A stretch of 63,286 nucleotides of DNA, the filler included, from Octopus bimaculoides (lineage: Eukaryota): NCBI RefSeq assembly GCF_001194135.2. It is 7 parts of 7 records of this genome, joined end to end, with 100 filler letters (N's around TTAATTAATTAA, not from the genome) between each part and the next. Parts side by side here need not be neighbours in the genome. Positions count along the whole stretch, not along the records: positions 48,041 to 58,292 come from NC_069008.1; positions 58,393 to 63,286 come from NC_068989.1; 5 more parts are not named here. The stretch is one strand, 5' to 3'. Under the pieces are notes generated by a model. The model did not search any database and was not told the DNA's origin. It was given only the letters and a program-made list of their open reading frames with translations. Numbering within the stretch: position 1 is the stretch's first letter; each line of letters opens with the position of its first letter. A program made the translations under genes and the position numbers. This document shows positions 53,892 to 63,286 of the stretch, one piece after another.

Positions 53892-54149
53892 TATTCATCT
53901 GGGTATGTATATGTACGTATGAGCACGAATGCAAAAAAAGTTTTTCGTCTATTATCTCCCTTTCTACTTCCTTTTTTTTCTCAACAGTTACAACAGCGAT
54001 GGCTCATTACGTCATTTTCTCTAAACTAGAATTTTCACGTTCATATTTGAATTTTTCGCGTTTCAAATTTTCTGTTTTTTACTCATTCCCAAAGTTGGCG
54101 GACATTTAGTGATACGTAAAACCGAATCTCTAATGAGACTTTTTATCCT

Positions 54150-54213
54150 TTTATTTATTTATGTACCCGAAGAGACCCAGAACGGGTCGAAACATGTGTC
54201 GTACAAAATAAAA
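54150..54213 (+). ncRNA. Minimal type I hammerhead-like motif (U4C core)
   Basis: tttattt(a)tgtac-CCGAAGA-gaccc-agaac-gggtc-GAAAC-atgt-GTC-gtacaaaataaa. Confidence 0.65.
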
Positions 54214-54544
54214 TCTTTTTTTTTCCATCTATTTTATTAATACTATATGTGTGTGTGTGTGTGTGTGTCTAAGTGTTCATAATAATAATATGACAACAAA
54301 AGAATGAATGAAACCCGGATATTATGTAAAATAGAGGAATTTATCTATAAATATAATACGATATGTGACAATTAGTGTGAATATGTATATAGATATATAT
54401 ACATACATGTGTGTGTGTGTGTGTGCGTACATGTATGTGTATGTATATGTGTTCAGGTGCGGGTTCTATGAATGAAGTGTTACTTTTACCATACCTATTG
54501 GAGTAATTCCCCTTTATTTAACGGTTTTTTTTCCATAGCGTTTT

Positions 54545-54615
54545 GTCTTAATAACTGATGAGATGCCGGAGCAGACTTCATCCCCAGTATCCGAAACTCT
54601 GAGTGTTATTATGAC
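54545..54615 (+). ncRNA. Degenerate hammerhead-like motif
   Basis: gtcttaataa-CTGATGA-..ccagtatcc-GAAAC-tctga-GTG-ttattatgac. Stem I is 9/10 paired, but the cleavage triplet is GUG and stem II is out of register. Confidence 0.5.
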
Positions 54616-54752
54616 AACCAACTAATTGTCACATATTATACATACATACATAGATAAAAAAAAAATATATATATATATATATTTATGATAAACAAGAACG
54701 AAAATGCTACTTTCTTAAAATTGGGTACATTTTAATTTTCCTTTCTATAAAT

Positions 54753-54797
54753 ACATTTACATGTTTCGGTTTTTGAAAAACCTTATCAAAAATATGT
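54753..54797 (-). ncRNA. Hammerhead-like motif with U3-A8 variant core
   Basis: Minus: ..ttt-TTGATAA-ggtttttcaaaaacc-GAAAC-at-GTA-aatgt. Strong stem II, weak stem I. Confidence 0.4.
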
Positions 54798-55010
54798 GCT
54801 AAAATGGAATATGTAGAGAGAAAAGACCTATTAAATTAAATTAAAATTAAAATTAAGATTAACATTCATAGTTTACTTTCCTCTTTTCTGCAAGAGCACG
54901 TGGTAATTTCCGTTAGCTTTGGTGGCATGATAATTTGAACTGTCTGTGACCACAACTTACTACTATCTGTTTTTGTAAATTAAATAGTGTGGTCAAGACT
55001 TGTTTTCTAT

Positions 55011-55798
55011 AGGGCTTTCCTACAAGGTGTTATCCACCCCAGATTGGAACTCTCCCGTATGACATGTACGCATGCTCAGTGACTTGCTTTAACAGTTGCA
55101 ATCAGCTGAATGCACATTGCCAGTGACATTTGACATAATTACCCACACTCTGTGGTCAGGATTCTTTTTTTGGTTTGATGTCGGTATCGAAGGGATTACC
55201 AGACACCGGACAATACAGTGAGAGCAGCTTTCACTCACATCTTGGTATTCGATGCTGTGTACGTGTCTGTCATGGTAAAATATGCCACTCCTTAACTGTT
55301 GCTTTGCTTTCATCTGTAGCACGAGGTAATTATGNNNNNNNNNNNNNNNNNNNNNNNNNNNNNNNNNNNNNNNNNNNNNNNNNNNNNNNNNNNNNNNNNN
55401 NNNNNNNNNNNNNNNNNNNNNNNNNNNNNNNNNNNNNNNNNNNNNNNNNNNNNNNNNNNNNNNNNNNNNNNGCTTATTCCTGTCTGAAGTATCATCCGAT
55501 ACTTCAGACTTATCGTCCGATGAATTTACTTTGTTGACATTCTTCATCGACAGAATTTTTATTCCTTTCAACCTTTCAGTCAAGTCTGCCTTTCTTCCAG
55601 TAACATACTGTCCATATAATCTTAAATATTTCTTTAACTCAGGCACAGTAAGTACTTCGATAGCTGAATCATCAAGCTGCTTTATATCCATGATAAGACG
55701 TAAAACAATAACAATGGCATGGGTAGCCTCCGGAAGTTTAATTATCTACATGGAGCGCCGCCTAGCCAAGGGAGATAACCTACTTATAGGAAAGCCCT
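55011..55798 (-). mobile_element. Non-autonomous TIR DNA transposon (ISL2EU-like) carrying a SAP-SWIM pseudo-ORF
   Basis: Termini agggctttccta(c/t)aag..gttatc on both ends. Flanks at|..|gt fit a once-mutated AT duplication. The internal ORF is described separately. Confidence 0.6.
55061..55691 (-). pseudogene. SAP domain + SWIM zinc-finger ORF, truncated
   Basis: IEVLTVPELKKYLRLYGQYVTGRKADLTERL (SAP consensus). VHSADCNC is followed, after a 1-nt frameshift and a stop, by ACVHV (SWIM CxC..CxH). An N gap lies inside. Confidence 0.75.
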
Positions 55799-56074
55799 GT
55801 AGAAGTGGCTGTAGCAGTCGAATAACTAACAGCAGTAATAATAGGAGTCGTCGTGGTGAAGTTGTTCCTCCTGGGGTTTTAATAGAGATCGGGTTCTTCG
55901 ACTCCCTTGTTTTTATTTCTTATGAATAACTTGCATATCCACATATCCATATATATACATACCTACTCATATATACACTCACCCATATACACATATACAT
56001 ATATATACATTCACATACGCACATACAGATACATACACACACTCATATATACGTACATGTTTACATCCCTGTAT

Positions 56075-56206
56075 CTTTTGACAAGTATTTATAGAATAAA
56101 TACTTGGCCTAAAAAAAATAAGTCCTAGGGTAAATTTATTTGACTAAAATCCTTCAATGTGATGCTCCAGCATGGCTGCAGTCAAATGACTGAAACAAAT
56201 AAAAGA
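56075..56206 (+). mobile_element. SINE family B 3' fragment
   Basis: aataagtcctaggg..gctccagcatggctgcagtcaaatgactgaaacaaataaaaga. Confidence 0.8.
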
Positions 56207-56222
56207 TATATACATACATATA

Positions 56223-56257
<35 letters not shown>

Positions 56258-56259
<2 letters not shown>

Positions 56260-56427
56260 AGGCGCAATGGCCTAGTGGTTAGGGCAGTGGACTCGTGGTC
56301 GGAGGATCGCAGTTTCGATTCCCAGACCGGGTGTTGTGAGTGTTTATTGAGCGAAAACACTTAAGCTCCACGAGGCTCCGGCAGTGTGTGTGTGTGGGGG
56401 GGGGCGACCCCTGTTGTACTCTTTCGC
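56258..56427 (+). mobile_element. SINE family C, 5' part
   Basis: ggaggcgcaatggcctagtggttagggcagtggactcg..gtttcgattcccagacc. Confidence 0.85.
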
Positions 56428-57037
56428 NNNNNNNNNNNNNNNNNNNNNNNNNNNNNNNNNNNNNNNNNNNNNNNNNNNNNNNNNNNNNNNNNNNNNNNNN
56501 NNNNNNNNNNNNNNNNNNNNNNNNNNNNNNNNNNNNNNNNNNNNNNNNNNNNNNNNNNNNNNNNNNNNNNNNNNNNNNNNNNNNNNNNNNNNNNNNNNNN
56601 NNNNNNNNNNNNNNNNNNNNNNNNNNNNNNNNNNNNNNNNNNNNNNNNNNNNNNNNNNNNNNNNNNNNNNNNNNNNNNNNNNNNNNNNNNNNNNNNNNNN
56701 NNNNNNNNNNNNNNNNNNNNNNNNNNNNNNNNNNNNNNNNNNNNNNNNNNNNNNNNNNNNNNNNNNNNNNNNNNNNNNNNNNNNNNNNNNNNNNNNNNNN
56801 NNNNNNNNNNNNNNNNNNNNNNNNNNNNNNNNNNNNNNNNNNNNNNNNNNNNNNNNNNNNNNNNNNNNNNNNNNNNNNNNNNNNNNNNNNNNNNNNNNNN
56901 NNNNNNNNNNNNNNNNNNNNNNNNNNNNNNNNNNNNNNNNNNNNNNNNNNNNNNNNNNNNNNNNNNNNNNNNNNNNNNNNNNNNNNNNNNNNNNNNNNNN
57001 NNNNNNNNNNNNNNNNNNNNNNNNNNNNNNNNNNNNN

Positions 57038-57272
57038 CATTTCGAGCGTGGCCGTTGCCAGTATCGCCTGACTGGCCTTCGTGCAGGTGACACGTAAAAG
57101 CACCCACTACACACTCTCTGAGTGGTTGGCATTAGGAAGGGCATCCAGCTGTAGAAACTCTGCCAAATTTAGATTGGAGCCTAGTGTTGCCATCCGGTTT
57201 CACCAGTCCTCAGTCAAGTCGTCCAACCCATGCTAGCATGGAAAGCGGACGTTAAACGATGATGATGATGAT
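57038..57272 (+). mobile_element. Retroposon 3' end with (GAT)n tail (family F)
   Basis: Matches 17108-17319 in the opposite orientation. Confidence 0.8.
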
Positions 57273-58087
57273 GTATGTATGTATGTATAAAGGCAGAAAT
57301 GTATATGTCATTAAAGTGATGAGCGTTAAGGTGCATTAAGCAGGGAGCTTGTCTACCTTGTCAGCGCATTGAGATAGTGCTTTTGTGACTATTGAGTTGT
57401 TTTGACTCTTATTTCTAGCAATACTGGTGCTGATTAGTGCCCTTGTTCGCTTTAGTGATATATATATATATATCTACCTTTAGGTTGTAAAATTGCGAAT
57501 TAGCCGCCTGTATTATATATATATATGTATGTATGCATGTATGTATACGTGTGTGCGTGTGTAGATATATAGACCCTGCATAAAACAAGATCAGAACAGA
57601 GACATCAGAATGTCATACAACGACATTAATCTGTGTAATTACTAAAATTAATCAATAGTAAACTCATCCCTCCTCGGCTAACGACCATATAAACAGCAAA
57701 CAATTAGACATGCCTTAGTAACCAGTATTTTTTTCTTGGCGGTATATATGATTGTGTGTGTGTGTGTGTGTGTGTGCACGGGCATGTGAATGTGCATGTG
57801 TATTAATGTTGGGATGAGTGTGTGTCTGTGTGTATGGGTGTATGTATACGTATGTGCATATCTATGCACATGTACATATGTGTGCATGTGTACGTATGTG
57901 TGCAAGTGTGCGTATGCATTATGTTTATGTGTATGTGTATGTGTTTACATATGTGTACATGAGTATATATGTTTGCATGTGTGTATGTATGTGTGTGTGT
58001 GTGTATACAGAGACAGTACCAGACTAATCCAGGATTTACTAATCTCGTTGCCATATCTGTTTAGCAAGGAATAAACTGCCCCCCCCC

Positions 58088-58292
58088 CCGTCAGTTACGA
58101 TGACAAGGGTTCAAGTTGATCCGATCGACAGAACAGCCTGCTTGTGAAATTAACGTGCAAGAGGCTGAGTACTCCACAGACACATATACCTTTAACGTTG
58201 TTCTCAGGGAGATTCAGTGTGACACAGAGTGTGACAAAGTGGCCCCCTTTGAATTACAGGTACTACTCATTCTTGCCAGCTGATTGGACTGG
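58088..58292 (-). mobile_element. SINE family C 3' fragment
   Basis: agttgatccgatc..aacagcctgcttgtgaaattaacgtgcaag. Confidence 0.8.
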
Positions 58293-58432
58293 NNNNNNNN
58301 NNNNNNNNNNNNNNNNNNNNNNNNNNNNNNNNNNNNTTAATTAATTAANNNNNNNNNNNNNNNNNNNNNNNNNNNNNNNNNNNNNNNNNNNNAGCCTTTC
58401 GCTCGGCGTGCTAGCGATTCTGCCAACTAATG

Positions 58433-58463
<31 letters not shown>

Positions 58464-58473
58464 CAACAACAAC

Positions 58474-58559
<86 letters not shown>

Positions 58560-60967
58560 TGAAGCTGACAATCTACAAAACTACTGAAGACCAGTAACTT
58601 CCATGATGTGAAAACCGGATGCGCACACGTCTGTGAATTTCTGTGTGCGTGCAAGCGTGGTAATTGTGTGTGTGTGTGTGTTTGTGTGTTTTGAAAACTC
58701 TCCAGCCATTTTGCAAAGGAGGATTACCATAATGTAGAAACAGTGCAAAAAATTTCAGCAAGAACAACAACAACAACAATAACAACAACAATAACAACAA
58801 CAACAACAGCAACAATGGCAGCAACAACCATAAACGACAGAAGCGGTAGAAATTCCTTGGGGTATGAAATTATGTTCGTTTCTGTCCAAGAGTCGAGTCT
58901 ATTATCTCGAGTGGTTAACAGAGTGGCGTACTCTGCACTTCACTGGTTACAGAGATGAACGCTCCACTGAACACTTCTTTTTCGATGACGTATAAAAGTT
59001 TGTGCCAGAGGCCAGCAAGAAAAGCATAGCGGACAATGTGTGTGTGTGTGAGAGATAGAAAGACGTGGGAGGAGGGGGCAAAGAGGAAAGTAGTGAGAGA
59101 CAGAGAGGGGGGGGGGATAACGCGAGAAAAAGAGAGAGATGGTGAATAAGGAGACAGAGAGAAAGAAAAGGAACGGAGACAGAATGAGAGGCGGCAGGGA
59201 AAATGGGAGGAAATGAGGAGTAGGAAGAGTGTTCGAATTAGAAGTAGCAGTTTGTCGAGGTTTNNNNNNNNNNNNNNNNNNNNNNNNNNNNNNNNNNNNN
59301 NNNNNNNNNNNNNNNNNNNNNNNNNNNNNNNNNNNNNNNNNNNNNNNNNNNNNNNNNNNNNNNNNNNNNNNNNNNNNNNNNNNNNNNNNNNNNNNNNNNN
59401 NNNNNNNNNNNNNNNNNNNNNNNNNNNNNNNNNNNNNNNNNNNNNNNNNNNNNNNNNNNNNNNNNNNNNNNNNNNNNNNNNNNNNNNNNNNNNNNNNNNN
59501 NNNNNNNNNNNNNNNNNNNNNNNNNNNNNNNNNNNNNNNNNNNNNNNNNNNNNNNNNNNNNNNNNNNNNNNNNNNNNNNNNNNNNNNNNNNNNNNNNNNN
59601 NNNNNNNNNNNNNNNNNNNNNNNNNNNNNNNNNNNNNNNNNNNNNNNNNNNNNNNNNNNNNNNNNNNNNNNNNNNNNNNNNNNNNNNNNNNNNNNNNNNN
59701 NNNNNNNNNNNNNNNNNNNNNNNNNNNNNNNNNNNNNNNNNNNNNNNNNNNNNNNNNNNNNNNNNNNNNNNNNNNNNNNNNNNNNNNNNNNNNNNNNNNN
59801 NNNNNNNNNNNNNNNNNNNNNNNNNNNNNNNNNNNNNNNNNNNNNNNNNNNNNNNNNNNNNNNNNNNNNNNNNNNNNNNNNNNNNNNNNNNNNNNNNNNN
59901 NNNNNNNNNNNNNNNNNNNNNNNNNNNNNNNNNNNNNNNNNNNNNNNNNNNNNNNNNNNNNNNNNNNNNNNNNNNNNNNNNNNNNNNNNNNNNNNNNNNN
60001 NNNNNNNNNNNNNNNNNNNNNNNNNNNNNNNNNNNNNNNNNNNNNNNNNNNNNNNNNNNNNNNNNNNNNNNNNNNNNNNNNNNNNNNNNNNNNNNNNNNN
60101 NNNNNNNNNNNNNNNNNNNNNNNNNNNNNNNNNNNNNNNNNNNNNNNNNNNNNNNNNNNNNNNNNNNNNNNNNNNNNNNNNNNNNNNNNNNNNNNNNGTG
60201 GTGGTGGTGGTGGTGGTGGTGGTGTTGGTGGTGGTGTCGATCGTGGTGGCGGTGGCGGTGGTGGTATCAATCGTGGTGGTGATGGTGGTGCTATTTGCAT
60301 TGTAGTGAGCGATGTAATATTCCGCTTCAGTAAAGGTGGTATTGTAAAGGCATCAGTGTTCTGGTGGTAGTGTACTGGTAGTGTATTGGTAGTGGTGTAA
60401 CAGTGGTGTTGCAGTGGTGATGGTCTTATTCGAGATGACAGTGCAACAACAGTATTACAGTATGGGAATGGTGTTGGAGTGGTACAGTAGTGCCGATGTT
60501 NNNNNNNNNNNNNNNNNNNNNNNNNNNNNNNNNNNNNNNNNNNNNNNNNNNNNNNNNNNNNNNNNNNNNNNNNNNNNNNNNNNNNNNNNNNNNNNNNNNN
60601 GTGTGTGTGTGTGTGTTTGTGTGTAGGTATGTATGTACTCACCAGACCACATCGTGCAATATGCAAAGCAACTTTTGTATTTTTAAAATGTCACCCAGAG
60701 ACCTAAAGAGAGAGCAGGTTATAAGTTCGTCAGGGCATTGTGACTTAGATGGTTAATAACTGCCATGTTTTGGGGGCAAGAATGTAGTTCGGTGAGAGGG
60801 ATTTGTGTTTTAATTGTGTACCTTGGGTTCGTACGGTAAAGTATTGCTTTATAAAATTTGTCTTTAATAATATGTGAAAGTAGATTGATTTGGAGTTAAA
60901 CAGACAATATTTTTTGAAGGATTATCATTATCATCATCACCGTCATCATCATCATTAATATTTTTCT

Positions 60968-61898
<931 letters not shown>

Positions 61899-62142
61899 CA
61901 CCATTATTTTTTCTTTTTTTTTCCACAGTTTTGGTTGGAGGAATGTTTTAAAGAGAAACTATTTATGATGCGCCTCGCCCATCTAGATAGGAAATTAACA
62001 TTGATAGTTGAGTGATAGGACCCGAGAGGTTGGCAATTCATATCATTCCTGGAATACACGGAATCATTCAGAAGAAATTATGAATATATATGTATACGTA
62101 AGTCTTTGTGAGTTTCTGTGTGCATGTGTGTAGATGTGTGTA

Positions 62143-62185
<43 letters not shown>

Positions 62186-62487
62186 CTAAACATATATGTT
62201 TAGAGAAAGAGTGTTGTGCCAACGACACAGTATTTGCCTTGAGATACACATGTGCGCGCGCACGCACACACACATACATATGTTAAAGTCTCTACGTTGA
62301 TAGAAGCAGAGTGTGGATGTAAATGGCTGTGTGTGTGTATGAATGTATGTATATATAAATATATATACATATATATAATATATACGTATATATATACATA
62401 CACATATATATATACATATAATATATGTATGTATATATATATTATANNNNNNNNNNNNNNNNNNNNNNNNNNNNNNNNNNNNNNNNN

Positions 62488-62529
<42 letters not shown>

Positions 62530-62885
62530 GTATATGTGAATATACATACACATACATACATACACATATACATACGCACAAGCACGCACCATGCCCATGT
62601 CTAGTATATTTACATGAGTCGCTTAACTAGATGAGATAGGCAGAGTAAAGGGGGTACCGTGTACCGATATAGACATAAGACTGGTATTAATGCACTAACA
62701 TTTCTGGACACCGAAGCACTGAGCTTAACTTCTCTCTTGGATCTCTTGTGCATACGATGCGGGGAAAAAACTCACTGGACCAACGCTTTATATAGTTGTT
62801 CAAATTGAACATACATACATACATACATACATACATACATACACACACACATACTCACACACATATACATATACCCACACACACT

Positions 62886-63093
62886 TACGAGGAGGTGCTG
62901 AAAAGTTTCTGGCTCTAAGGGTATCGCGATGGGCCTGGTTTAAGGCTCAAACTTCCAAGTTCTTTTACAGGCCTTAAAAAACGTAAAGGACCGCTGTAAC
63001 AAGTGTGTGAATCAGAGAGCGGAACAAGTTGAATGAAATCATTATTAACTGATCCGCCTATACTTTCTTTTACCCAAAGCCGGGAACTTTTCA
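62886..63093 (+). mobile_element. Mariner deletion derivative
   Basis: Left TIR tacgaggaggtgctgaaaagtttctggct and partial right TIR agccgggaacttttca. Internal KDRCNKCVNQRAEQVE* resembles a mariner transposase C-terminus. Confidence 0.7.
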
Positions 63094-63138
63094 TATATGT
63101 ATATATATAAATGGAACATCATGTGTGTGCGTGTGTGT

Positions 63139-63195
<57 letters not shown>

Positions 63196-63286
63196 TGTAT
63201 CTGTGTGTATATCTGTGTCTGTATCTGTGTCTGTGTATTTGCATACATGCATACATACATACATAGAGAGAGAGAGAGAGAAAGCA

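Overview
AT-rich, gap-ridden, microsatellite- and SINE-dense animal genomic DNA. The repeat content looks like an octopus genome (inference from recalled SINE families, not a database match). The only intact host gene I can support is the 3' part of a plus-strand DUR3-type urea/solute:sodium symporter: three in-frame exons at 5973-6138, 7972-8444 and 11460-12097, all with GT-AG sites. Its 5' exons lie upstream of the window or in a gap. Exon 2 encodes an unusual ~95-aa Cys/His-rich loop (CxxC, CxC, CxxC, CxxH). The rest is a transposon fossil record: a degenerate CRE-clade non-LTR element, Dong/R4, RTE and CR1 LINE fragments, several Penelope-like fragments, at least four tRNA-derived SINE families, a mariner derivative and a 91-bp mini-Helitron. 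There are also several fold-back palindromes, a TIR-bounded ~790-bp element carrying a SAP + SWIM pseudo-ORF, and four minimal hammerhead-ribozyme-like motifs, one with a compensatory U3-A8 core. Most long ORFs in the supplied track are artefacts of N gaps or microsatellites. Repeat boundaries are approximate (about +/-10 nt); exon, TIR and ribozyme coordinates were read base by base.
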